A stretch of 64,000 nucleotides of DNA from a virus: positions 16,835 through 80,834 of the IMG/VR virus record IMGVR_UViG_3300009503_000027; one strand, written 5' to 3'. This document shows, piece after piece, positions 45,740-55,189 of this stretch (its first letter is position 1; every line of letters starts with the position of its first letter). A program made the position numbers and the translations under genes. The notes beneath the pieces are model-generated. The model was not told the origin of the DNA, searched no databases, and saw only the letters and a program-made list of their open reading frames with translations.

Positions 45740-46873
45740 TTACTGCTGCTGGCCTGTCACCCTCATAGGCATCACAATGTATATGTAACCACCTAGGTCA
45801 CTAGGCCGGAGCATGGCCGCCTTGTCGTAGCCATTGAGATGGAACTGCCACGTCTGTGATGGCCCCAGGGCCTCCAACGGCTCCAAGAGGTATTGCCCAT
45901 TGAACGCGAAGGTTCCCGGCCGGCCGTCCAAGGTGGCAGGAACTTCCTCGCGGAACTCACCTATCTCTGTTTCTGCGGTTTGCACACAAATAGCGTTGTC
46001 TGTGACCTCTAAAACGACGCGGTTGACGCTATGCTGAGCGATGGGCAGGGCGCGCCGTAGGGCATTGGCAAAATGATCGCCCTGGAAGGTGACAACATGC
46101 TCAAAGCTTTCTGGTATCACCCGGCTATAATCGGGAAACCGTGCATCGATTAGCAAACTGGTGAGCACACTATTGCCTGTGCTGAACTCCACGGTGGCAT
46201 CACTTACACATACATGGAAACGCGCCTCTTCGTCTTGGTATTCTGTGCACTTCAGTAGCTCGCGGATGCACTTTGTTGGTATTAGCGCGGCGGCATCGCC
46301 TGGGCCCTGTTCATATGTTATGCCCTGTAGTTTCACTTGCGCCAGGCGGTAGGAGTCACTTGCGGTCAATAGTATGCCATCGTCAGCGGCCTGTAGAAAC
46401 ACGCCTCCGAGGGCAGGGCGTGTTGCGTCGCGGCTAACGGCGAATGCCACCGCTTGCAAGCCTTGGCGCAGGGCATCCATAGGAACGGTGAACGTCAAGC
46501 CCTCTGGTGTCTGCAGGCGCTCAAGGGCTTGGGGGTCAATGCCACGAAGTTGGTAGCGTGTCGCTCCGGCGGCAATGGTCAGTCCAGCATCGCTGCCTTC
46601 CAAGACCACTTGGCCAGTCAGCTTCTTGGTGGCCTGGTCTAGCAGTTGTGCCCACACGGCGACGGCCCCCTCTTGCTCTACGGTTGCGGGCACTACCTGC
46701 TGCATCTGTACTTCCCCGTCGAATGCAGATACACGTAGACTGTCTGTCTCGGCTTCAAGTAGTATGCAGTTGCGGGTTGTCATGCCTACACTTAGTATGT
46801 TGGCGCGTGCTGCCGTCCGTGCGCAGCTCGTGACTGCCCTCGATAGTAGCTTGGCGTCTATCGTCAGTCGCAT
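45740..46873 (-). CDS. dnaN: DNA polymerase III beta sliding clamp
   Basis: 377 aa; TRPALGGV, ASDSYRLA, FPDYSRVIP, FNGQYLLE and YIVMPMR. Confidence 0.92.
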   Translation of the reverse strand: MRLTIDAKLLSRAVTSCARTAARANILSVGMTTRNCILLEAETDSLRVSAFDGEVQMQQVVPATVEQEGAVAVWAQLLDQATKKLTGQVVLEGSDAGLTIAAGATRYQLRGIDPQALERLQTPEGLTFTVPMDALRQGLQAVAFAVSRDATRPALGGVFLQAADDGILLTASDSYRLAQVKLQGITYEQGPGDAAALIPTKCIRELLKCTEYQDEEARFHVCVSDATVEFSTGNSVLTSLLIDARFPDYSRVIPESFEHVVTFQGDHFANALRRALPIAQHSVNRVVLEVTDNAICVQTAETEIGEFREEVPATLDGRPGTFAFNGQYLLEPLEALGPSQTWQFHLNGYDKAAMLRPSDLGGYIYIVMPMRVTGQQQ

Positions 46874-47020
46874 TTTATATGCTCCCTCCTAGGGACTTAT
46901 GGCTGGGTTGCGTTTTCTATTGCCGCCGTTGCATTCTGGACTACATTGCGAACGGTCTGTCCCAGCTGTGACCAGACTGCTAGCCCCGCAACTACTACTA
47001 TGGCCAGCAGCAATGCATAC

Positions 47021-47371
47021 TCAACGCTTGTTACTGCTGTTTCGTCCTTCCACAGGGTCCTCATCGTTCATCATCTCCTCCGGGATAATCTCCCACCAGA
47101 GGGCTTGTATGGCCTGCCGCAAGGCAGACCAATGAAGCTTCCCGTCCTCGCCGCGCGCCCTTGCGATTGCGAGGTAGCCTATGATGTCGCGGAGCTCGTC
47201 AGCAAGCTCCTGTTTCCAGTTGAAGTCCTGCCGCCAACAATCGGCGGCATGTAGAGTATGCCCAAGGCTCATCTTCGCTATGACAGAGGCGGTAGCGGCG
47301 GCAGGTAAGCCTAGCTCCTCAATCACCTCCGAAGCTGCCTCCATCAGCCTTACGAACCCGTAGTCTTCCAT
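47021..47371 (-). CDS. Hypothetical protein (all-alpha, possibly MazG-like)
   Basis: ELADELRDIIGYL motif. Confidence 0.45.
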   Translation of the reverse strand: MEDYGFVRLMEAASEVIEELGLPAAATASVIAKMSLGHTLHAADCWRQDFNWKQELADELRDIIGYLAIARARGEDGKLHWSALRQAIQALWWEIIPEEMMNDEDPVEGRNSSNKR

Positions 47372-48843
47372 ACTATCTCACCTCCCATGCGCTTATACTC
47401 GCTGAAGCGAGCATGGGAATGCTCATGTAGAAAAGGCGGCAGGTCTTCGAAGTCATGAATGTAGACAGTATTGTCACCCTCCTTTGGCCGTAAGCCACGC
47501 CCCACCCTCTGGACGGTGTTGATGTTGCTTTTGCCCCCGGCGGCAATTATCACACTCGCAAACGTAGGTACGTCCATACCTTCTCCAAGAACGGGCGAGC
47601 CTACTACGATCAATGCTTCTCCGGCACGTACACGGTCAAGGATCTCCTGAATGTTCTTGCTGCGCATCTTGGCGGTTACCAGGACCGCATTCGCGCCCAG
47701 TTGCTCTAATGCCTCCATGATCAATTCGCCATGTTCGATGTATTGGACAAGCACTAAGCATGGCCGCCCCGCTTGTTGTTCCTGTACTGCCAGGCGGGCA
47801 ATCAACGCATTCCGCCGGTCATTATACAAAATATTTTCTCTGTATGCAAACTGGAATGCTTCCACTTCGGTCTCGGCGCGCTTGGGGGGAAGCCAGGGGA
47901 CGCGTGGCCGGGGTGCCTTGTGGATATAAAAGATAGGCCGTGCTATTTGCCCCTCGGATACAAGGGAGGCCACCGGGAGCTTATATAGCACCGGCCCTGT
48001 AGCTGCTTCGAGGTAAAGGTCGCGGCCATCGGGCCGTGTCAGGGTAGCCGACTGTAGGTAGCGATAGTAGGCCGGGCAGGACATGGTGATGCCGTACCAG
48101 CTTAGGGCTGCATCATGGTGGGCTTCATCTACGCCGATGAAGTCAATGGATTGCATCAGCTCTTGATACTGCGGCGTGTCGGCGTAGCGCCACAGTTGGG
48201 CAGCGGTGGCAATTGTCAACTCCCTTATCTCCCAACTACCCTCGCCTATATAGCCCACTTCTATACCGAAGAACTTAGCCGCTGCTTGCCTGAACTGCCG
48301 CAGGATAACACGCGTGGGGACGAGTATTAGTCCTCGTGTATTGGTCTCATACCATCGTGCTAGCATGAGGAGGGTCTTGCCGCCACTGGGGGGCACTTCC
48401 CATTGGCCCCGTGGCGCACTCCGGGCCGCCTGGAGGACTTCCAGCTGGTGTGCGCGCCAGCTAATGGCGGGTAGCTGTCGTGGCTGGGCAACAGGTGGCC
48501 GACGGCGGTCATCAATGTGGATACTGAAGCCATTTTGCTGGAGGATGCCTATTACATGAGGGAGCAGTCCTGAAGGCCAACGGTTGCCATCGTTGAGGTG
48601 CTCGATACCGAAGCGGCCCGACTGTAGGGCCTGGCACATACGACACCAATGTTCCGGCTTGGGATGTTTCCGCTTATGTGCCCGGGCACGATATTTAGCC
48701 GTTGGGTCATGCACGATACATACACTGGCGGCTAGGGCGGCAGCACTTTCATTGTCACACCATGCCCAGTTGTTGGTGATTGTGATGGTAGTCTCCCGCT
48801 CCCTCGGGAGTTGCATGTTGCCTAGTCCCATAATTGTTTCCAT
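47350..48843 (-). CDS. Superfamily 2 DNA helicase (UvsW/RadD-like)
   Basis: PPSGGKT, DEAHH, SAT, GEGMDVP and QRVGRGLR. Confidence 0.9.
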   Translation of the reverse strand: METIMGLGNMQLPRERETTITITNNWAWCDNESAAALAASVCIVHDPTAKYRARAHKRKHPKPEHWCRMCQALQSGRFGIEHLNDGNRWPSGLLPHVIGILQQNGFSIHIDDRRRPPVAQPRQLPAISWRAHQLEVLQAARSAPRGQWEVPPSGGKTLLMLARWYETNTRGLILVPTRVILRQFRQAAAKFFGIEVGYIGEGSWEIRELTIATAAQLWRYADTPQYQELMQSIDFIGVDEAHHDAALSWYGITMSCPAYYRYLQSATLTRPDGRDLYLEAATGPVLYKLPVASLVSEGQIARPIFYIHKAPRPRVPWLPPKRAETEVEAFQFAYRENILYNDRRNALIARLAVQEQQAGRPCLVLVQYIEHGELIMEALEQLGANAVLVTAKMRSKNIQEILDRVRAGEALIVVGSPVLGEGMDVPTFASVIIAAGGKSNINTVQRVGRGLRPKEGDNTVYIHDFEDLPPFLHEHSHARFSEYKRMGGEIVWKTTGS

Positions 48844-49493
48844 AGAATGCTCCTTAGCTGCAAGGCTATTATACCCGCTCTGCCAATATTCAAACATCGG
48901 ATATGTTTGATGGGATAGTTCTGCCCCCAGAGTTGCATGCAGCGCCTGGCAACAACATCAAAGGGTTCCAGGCGGCTAGCCTCCCTACAGTAGTGAGGAC
49001 GGTAGTACTCATCGGCGGTGGCAATATCTTCTGGTGTCCGGCCAAATGCGATGGCCAACTTGAACACGGACTTGCACCGGGGCCAGTACTTGCGCCAGGC
49101 GGCAATCTCTGCCTCAGTGATGGGATGGTGGCCCCGCCAGGGCAGGCGGGCCCGTGATGATACAAACGGGCACTTCGGCGGGGCGCTTCCATCGAGAATG
49201 CACGTTAAGACACGCAGCCGATATGCTGGCGGCACGAGAATATACTCCGCCTCTGCTAGGCCTAGCAGCCAGGCCTTGTAAAGTCCTTCATGGCTGATAT
49301 GGGGCGGCAGGCTAGCAGGATCGAACCCCAAGATACGCTTCAGGAACCACCGGGGCCAGCGGTGCCGCCGGGCCCAATCAGCTAGAAGGATTTGTATTGG
49401 TGTCGTTGTTGCCAAGAATGTTGACATTGATCCGGAAGGCTGGGTTATTCTTTGCCGCCTCGACAATGCGGGCATAAACCCGCGTTGTATCAA
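48822..49493 (-). CDS. Hypothetical protein
   Basis: Fills the gap between integrase and helicase; start uncertain. Confidence 0.45.
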   Translation of the reverse strand: MIQRGFMPALSRRQRITQPSGSMSTFLATTTPIQILLADWARRHRWPRWFLKRILGFDPASLPPHISHEGLYKAWLLGLAEAEYILVPPAYRLRVLTCILDGSAPPKCPFVSSRARLPWRGHHPITEAEIAAWRKYWPRCKSVFKLAIAFGRTPEDIATADEYYRPHYCREASRLEPFDVVARRCMQLWGQNYPIKHIRCLNIGRAGIIALQLRSILWKQLWD

Positions 49494-50364
49494 GACTCTT
49501 ATGCCCTAGCATGTCCTGGACTTCTTCCAGGCGCGCTCCCCCGCTAAGAGCCAGGGTGGCCACCGTATGGCGCAAGCCGTGGGGCGTGATATCGGTTAGC
49601 CCGGCACGATCTAGATACCGCCGGAGCAGGTAATTGATAGACCGTCGCGCCATACGTCCTCCTGGCGGGCGGCCGGGCGGCAAGGCAATAAACAATGCCT
49701 CTTCCCGGTCAGTCCTGAACGAGAGATACCGTTGGATTGTTGCCATCACATCAGGACGCAAGAAGATCACACGGGGCCCCCGTTTACCCTGGAGGATGGC
49801 TATCGGGGAATCTCCACGATACTGAATATCTTGTTTGTTCAGGCGATGCAGTTCAATCTGGCGCACGCCATGGATGGCGGCTAGTGCCAAGATGGCCCGG
49901 TCACGCCAAGCCGTGATGTCGTTGCCCTTCACGGCGGCAAGGAGTGCTTGTAACCCCTGCTCCGTCGTGTAGCGTATCTTTTCCTCGCGGCCACGTATAG
50001 TGACACGTACGCCGGCTGCCGGGTTATCCCGCCGGATGCCGCGCCACACTGCAGCTGTGTACAGCCGCCGGACAGCCGACAGGTAACCAGCCACTGTCGA
50101 GTCTGCCATGCCGGCTTCCCGCATGGCCTGCCGGTACCGCCGGATGTCATCGGGCGTGGCCGCTGCGGCATCAATACCGTTCTGGGCACACCACGTCAAG
50201 AAATATGCAGCTGCCCGCCTATACATGCGCTTTGTATCGTCGGATGGTGCGCCTTCTGCCACGTCATACTGGAAGAACTCTTCCAGGGTTGCTAGCCAGT
50301 CGAAGGGCATGGGCGTCGGGGCAAGTTCTGCCTCTTCTTTCACAGGCACAATATCCACGCTCAT
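49378..50364 (-). CDS. Tyrosine recombinase / integrase (XerC/D-like)
   Basis: SAM-like N-domain; RDRAIL, GVR, GK, HGLRH and LGH...TRVY catalytic residues; RBS GGAGG before ATG 50364. Confidence 0.9.
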   Translation of the reverse strand: MSVDIVPVKEEAELAPTPMPFDWLATLEEFFQYDVAEGAPSDDTKRMYRRAAAYFLTWCAQNGIDAAAATPDDIRRYRQAMREAGMADSTVAGYLSAVRRLYTAAVWRGIRRDNPAAGVRVTIRGREEKIRYTTEQGLQALLAAVKGNDITAWRDRAILALAAIHGVRQIELHRLNKQDIQYRGDSPIAILQGKRGPRVIFLRPDVMATIQRYLSFRTDREEALFIALPPGRPPGGRMARRSINYLLRRYLDRAGLTDITPHGLRHTVATLALSGGARLEEVQDMLGHKSLDTTRVYARIVEAAKNNPAFRINVNILGNNDTNTNPSS

Positions 50365-50431
50365 CTTTGGGCCTCCTGCGTTTGCGATATTATTATCCTT
50401 CTCCCCCATGGGAAGTGCGGCTCCTTCTTGG

Positions 50432-51868
50432 TCAGCTTGCAAGTTCTGCATAGCGGTTCACCCACATTGCTGCTTCTTCGATATGCTCCGTGAGGATTTC
50501 CTCGCTACCCGCCAGGTCAGCGATTGTGCGGGCAACAAATACACATTGGTGCACGGATCTGCCCGTCCACTGGTCGCCTATCTCGACCAGCCTGTCCTCA
50601 GCGGCAGATGATAACCTCACTCTCCCCGTCATAATGTCCTCGGGCGTGAGGAACGCATTGCGCTTGCCCCGCTCTCTCTGTGCCCTAATAGCCCGTATCA
50701 CGCGCTGACGCACAGTTGCCGAGGGCTCCGCTTCCGATGATTTGAGTAGCTCCCGCGTATCGGTTGGGCCGACATAGGCTGTAATGTGTATACGGTCCAT
50801 GATGGGGCCGCTCAAGCGGCGGCTGTAGCGCCGCTTCTCGGCAGGTGTACAGACACACCCACCGGGGCGCGGGCCGCAGGGGCACATATTCGCGGTGGCA
50901 AGTAGCTGGAACCGCGCCGGGAAGGTTTTCGACCAGTTAGCCCTGTTTATCACCGCAATGCCTTCCTGCATGGCCGTCCTTAGACTTTCCTTGGCGGAGG
51001 CAGGCCAGTACGGGAACTCATCAGCTACCAAGAGGCCCCGGTGGGCAAGCGATACCAGTCCCGGATAGGGCACTTCATATCCTCCGCCGGCGATACTTTG
51101 TCTTGTCGGCGAGGGGGAAGCGAACACCACGGGCCGTTCTGTCAGTCCTTGGCCGGGCCGCAGGGCCCCACTCAGTACCCAGATTTGTGTCACTTCTTTC
51201 TTTTCGTTCTCTGTGAGGGGCGGTGTGATGGTAGGGAAAGCCTTGGCAAGCAGGGTCTTACCTGTGCCGGGCGGGCCGATAAACATCAGGTGATGTCCCC
51301 CGGCGGCGGCAATCTCCAAAGCACGCTTCGCCTCTCTCTGCCCCGCAATGTATCTGAGATCCACCAGCTCAAATGGTAAGCGTTGCGGGGCCTGTGCTGG
51401 TTCCACCGGTGTTGCTCTCCTGGGATCGTCCAGTATCTGCTCAAGTTCATGCCGCGTCCGGGCGGCATAGGCACGGATGCCTAAAGTTGCGGCCAATGCC
51501 GCTACTTCAGGCGTGCTGACGAGGGCTACCCCTGCGGGCCAGTCTTTCAGGTAGACCATCGGGTCCGGCGGGCCATATAAATTACCTGCGGGATCGGCTT
51601 TGGCCAATGCTAAGATTTCAGGCGGGGGCACTCGTCTCATCATGACATCATATGGTTGGAACTTGTGCTCACAATAGTACCTTAGCCCAAGCTCATAGTA
51701 ATCATTAGTGACCCTCCTGCCATCAAGGTCGAGGATATGTGGCCAATATACAATGCCGCCGATGCTATAGACGCAAGAAGCAGACAATGGCCCCCTGGGC
51801 GACGGCAATCCGCTAATAGCAACTTCCCAAAGCTGTTCTCTCATTGCTTCCTCTACAGTCACTTGCAT
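50432..51868 (-). CDS. YifB/ComM-like Mg-chelatase-family AAA+ ATPase with an atypical N-terminus
   Basis: GQREAKRALEIAAAGGHH, GPPGTGKT, PGLVSLAHRG, FPARFQL, NMCPCG, LSGPIMDRI and VARTIADL. Confidence 0.85.
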   Translation of the reverse strand: MQVTVEEAMREQLWEVAISGLPSPRGPLSASCVYSIGGIVYWPHILDLDGRRVTNDYYELGLRYYCEHKFQPYDVMMRRVPPPEILALAKADPAGNLYGPPDPMVYLKDWPAGVALVSTPEVAALAATLGIRAYAARTRHELEQILDDPRRATPVEPAQAPQRLPFELVDLRYIAGQREAKRALEIAAAGGHHLMFIGPPGTGKTLLAKAFPTITPPLTENEKKEVTQIWVLSGALRPGQGLTERPVVFASPSPTRQSIAGGGYEVPYPGLVSLAHRGLLVADEFPYWPASAKESLRTAMQEGIAVINRANWSKTFPARFQLLATANMCPCGPRPGGCVCTPAEKRRYSRRLSGPIMDRIHITAYVGPTDTRELLKSSEAEPSATVRQRVIRAIRAQRERGKRNAFLTPEDIMTGRVRLSSAAEDRLVEIGDQWTGRSVHQCVFVARTIADLAGSEEILTEHIEEAAMWVNRYAELAS

Positions 51869-51970
51869 AACGGCATCTCCTTTGTTTGCTGCTCCCCAGC
51901 CTGGGGAGCGGCAACTTGCCCCCGGTCAAGGGCCGACTTGGATCCATTCGGGCTAACTGCTCGGCCCCGC

Positions 51971-52261
51971 CTATGCGCTGGCTTGGCTCAGTATGGGGCT
52001 TAGTATTCCGGTGTCTTGATCCTGCGCCCGGTAGTACCGCACGCGGCTGGTATCGCTGGTCCAAGGTATCCACTTCCTGCGCCCACCTACGTCAATAGCG
52101 CAGGCCACCAGGCCCGTGCGGAACCGCGTCACGTAGGGCTGGCGCGGGTGACGCGGGTGGGGCAGTACCCGCCCCGTGATCCACCGCTTGTGCGGTGGCT
52201 GTGCAAGATCCTCGACCGTAACCAGGTCGCCTACTTCCGGATATCCCTTGATCGGTTGCAT
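51971..52261 (-). CDS. Hypothetical protein
   Basis: RBS GGGAG before MQPIKG. Confidence 0.5.
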   Translation of the reverse strand: MQPIKGYPEVGDLVTVEDLAQPPHKRWITGRVLPHPRHPRQPYVTRFRTGLVACAIDVGGRRKWIPWTSDTSRVRYYRAQDQDTGILSPILSQASA

Positions 52262-52319
52262 CTTCGCTCCCCCCGTACTCTTCCTTCTCGTGCGTAATGA
52301 TACCACCCGCATCCTCGAA

Positions 52320-52736
52320 CTAACAGGTATGCGCCTCAGGGCCCTCGTGATATACCCAACCCAGGAGCGTCTGCCTGATCACATCCCTAGCCACGTCATC
52401 GGGTTTCCCATAGGGGTCGACCAGGAGAGGGCGTACCTCAATGGCCTCAGCTTCTGTAACGCCGTGACGGGTCAGCCACCGTTCCACGGCATCTTTGTAC
52501 TGCCCGAGGGCATCGAGCAGGCCATCGGCTAGTTCGCCCAAGTTGACGTCCAGCTTGCGCCAGAGCACCAAGATGCCTAGGACCCAGACTGCTGGGCGCT
52601 CGAAAAATAGGGCCAGCAGTTGGGGCTTGATCTCCGGATGCGCCCGTACCGCGCGCTTGATAACGTCTTCTAGCGGCGCGAACACGCCACACAGATCCTC
52701 CGCGGCCTCCACTGCTATCTGTTCAATCCGTTCCAT
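52320..52736 (-). CDS. Hypothetical protein
   Basis: Strong RBS AAGGAGG before ATG 52736. Confidence 0.6.
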   Translation of the reverse strand: MERIEQIAVEAAEDLCGVFAPLEDVIKRAVRAHPEIKPQLLALFFERPAVWVLGILVLWRKLDVNLGELADGLLDALGQYKDAVERWLTRHGVTEAEAIEVRPLLVDPYGKPDDVARDVIRQTLLGWVYHEGPEAHTC

Positions 52737-52840
52737 CGGACAGCCTCCTTTTGGTTTTTCAGCAGTGGGCACTGCCCACCATTGTCTATTCTACCCAGCC
52801 CGGCGGCAACATAAACATTGGCGCAGAAAATTTTTCTGCC

Positions 52841-53797
52841 CTACCTAGCAATGCGCTTGGCGATATACTCCGCGATGGCCTGAGGAATGGGATCAGAGTA
52901 GATCCTAGGGTTATGCACTGTCACGGAGATTAGGCCACTTAGCGTTGTCTTAAGGGGGCAATCTGCCGCCGGCTGGAAGCATCCCAAGCAACTATGGCAT
53001 GAGCGCACGTTGAAATAGAACCACATCTTCATCGCGCCCTGTTCGAGGCCGCGTTCGGGAGCAGTTGGGCCATATCCGATCCTTATGCCCACAGGAATAC
53101 AGAGCATGTCCTGTACGCCCCAGTCAGGCTGCATCATGAGTGCTTCCACGGCCACGTCTACATCCTCTGCGCCTGTTCGCTTTGCAACGAGCTCGCGGAG
53201 TTCGCCGCTGCACTGAGCACCTGGCAGTCTAGGCATAAGAGGGAATGCAATGGGATGAAGTTGAATGCCCGCCGGGGCTAGTGTCAGGCGGGCAATTTCC
53301 TGGATAATATAGAATCGCTGCGCAATGGATTCTGCATCCGCTGTGGTACTCGCGAACTGTTGTATATTTTGCAAATTAATATATTGAAGTAAGCTCACTT
53401 TGGGAGGATTTGCTTTAATGCGCAGAACTTCATCGCTATTGGCAGGCCGATGATACCAAGGTCTATCAGTAGGATAGCAATACCATGGCCCCATAGCCAG
53501 AACTAAATAGCCTTCATCCTGAGATCGGATGCAAATATCAATGTTGCCGGGCAAAGGTACTATTTCTCCCAAATGTTCGGAGGGCGGTATGGCCGGTTCG
53601 AATGATATCTTCTGGACTTCTCCGCGGATCTGCATGAATATGCCGGCCCTATAATAATAAAGGTCGGCTATTCCGGCCATATTTTCATCTAGATCCAATG
53701 AGACCAGAACTGGCGAACACTTATCATCTCGAATTTGAGGAGGCATCATGCTAAAGCGTTGTTGGCAATACCATATTTGATCGGCCATTTCAATCAT
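52841..53797 (-). CDS. Hypothetical protein, AT-richer than its neighbours
   Basis: 318 aa ORF; CHSC...C motif near the C-terminus. Confidence 0.6.
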   Translation of the reverse strand: MIEMADQIWYCQQRFSMMPPQIRDDKCSPVLVSLDLDENMAGIADLYYYRAGIFMQIRGEVQKISFEPAIPPSEHLGEIVPLPGNIDICIRSQDEGYLVLAMGPWYCYPTDRPWYHRPANSDEVLRIKANPPKVSLLQYINLQNIQQFASTTADAESIAQRFYIIQEIARLTLAPAGIQLHPIAFPLMPRLPGAQCSGELRELVAKRTGAEDVDVAVEALMMQPDWGVQDMLCIPVGIRIGYGPTAPERGLEQGAMKMWFYFNVRSCHSCLGCFQPAADCPLKTTLSGLISVTVHNPRIYSDPIPQAIAEYIAKRIAR

Positions 53798-54101
53798 CCT
53801 TTACCTGGGGGATGCTTTATCTGCCCCTGGTCAGCAGGGGCTTCCCCTCCATTGGCATTTCTGCCCCCGCAACTGTGTGCCGGCTTGAAGTGCTCTTGTC
53901 CCCTGGAGATGGGCAAGTTGGACGGTGTTGCTATGCCATGTGGGGGCAGATCCGCTCACCTGGTCTTCCATCAGGATCGCTCGGCGCAAGTGTTCGTGCT
54001 TCACACCATTGTTGTACCCAGGCGCATCGCAAGCTAAACAAGAATTTTTGCACACTGCGCAGCGGGCGAACTTTTTTCTTGTACTACCGAAAAATTCCGG
54101 T

Positions 54102-54130
54102 TTGCGTCACGGCATGGCGGGAATAATAAT
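54102..54130 (+). promoter_or_regulatory. Possible promoter in the divergent intergenic region
   Basis: TTGCGT-17 nt-AATAAT with upstream A/T tracts, at the strand switch. Confidence 0.35.
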
Positions 54131-54181
54131 AATGGCCATGGGGCCCGTGGGCCACCGTGGCCTCTCCCGAGGAGGCATGCC

Positions 54182-55189
54182 ATGGTGCCGTGGCGATACT
54201 ATGCGCTCACCCCAGGCAGGCTTATCCTGCTCGTCAGCGATCCTCACGATCTCCAGGGCGACGATGAAGAAGTCATCCAGGGTAGCATGGACGCCCTGCA
54301 GATCTCGCATAGCGGCCCGATCGTGGCCGCACGGGTCGCCAACGCACTGCTCGTTGGCGACCCGTTTGCTTTGCGGGGGGGGCTGGAACTGCCCCCAGGC
54401 GGCACCGCCTGGGCGGCAGTTGAGCCCGGGCAGTGGATACCACTCTGCTGGCAGTGCCCGCAGTACATGGGTGCCTGTGACGGCACTGCCAGCGACAGAG
54501 ATGTGATTGACTGCTGGCGAGCGGCCGGACTAACCCGGCCGCATTCCTCGGACCCGGAGCTACGGGTCCGGAACCTGCCGGGCAGGCGCGCCCGGTGGGA
54601 GGATCTGGCGGTGTGGCAGGGCACAGTCGTGATACAGCAGGGCGACAAAGGGCAGGCTGTACGTGATGCGGTCCTGCCCCTCAAGGCGATATGCGAGCTC
54701 GTCGGCGATGACCGACGGCTCGCTTCCATTTTTCTAGGGGACTACTGCCCCCTCGATGAGCTCCATGTGCTCCGGGGTGGGCAGTGGGTTCCGTACTGGG
54801 TCCCGCGCGTACCGCATGAGTGGCGGGACCCGACCGGGCGGGACTGTCCCACCGTGAGGGCCTGGCAGTACATCGTTAGTCATTGGGCCCGAGCGGTAGA
54901 ACCAAACTTCGGCCCCACGACAAGGGCCGAAGTGTTTGCGGTAGCGGAGATGGTAGCTGCAGGACAGTCCCACTGGCGGGGATGTGGGCGCGGTCTGTGC
55001 TGGCTGAGTGCCCTGCTGGACGCGGGCTCAGTCCGCGGCAGGGCACTCAGCCAGTTTATTTTATCGCTCTGGGTGGACGAGTTCGCTCAGGAGGTAGCTG
55101 CCGCCCTGGGCGTCCCGGTTGAAGACGTGGTCGAGATTCACCGGGGCGTCTGGGGCGAGCTGATGAGTATACTTAAGGAGGGCGAATGA
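54182..55189 (+). CDS. Hypothetical protein
   Basis: RBS GAGGAGG; first gene of the + strand block. Confidence 0.6.
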   Translation: MVPWRYYALTPGRLILLVSDPHDLQGDDEEVIQGSMDALQISHSGPIVAARVANALLVGDPFALRGGLELPPGGTAWAAVEPGQWIPLCWQCPQYMGACDGTASDRDVIDCWRAAGLTRPHSSDPELRVRNLPGRRARWEDLAVWQGTVVIQQGDKGQAVRDAVLPLKAICELVGDDRRLASIFLGDYCPLDELHVLRGGQWVPYWVPRVPHEWRDPTGRDCPTVRAWQYIVSHWARAVEPNFGPTTRAEVFAVAEMVAAGQSHWRGCGRGLCWLSALLDAGSVRGRALSQFILSLWVDEFAQEVAAALGVPVEDVVEIHRGVWGELMSILKEGE

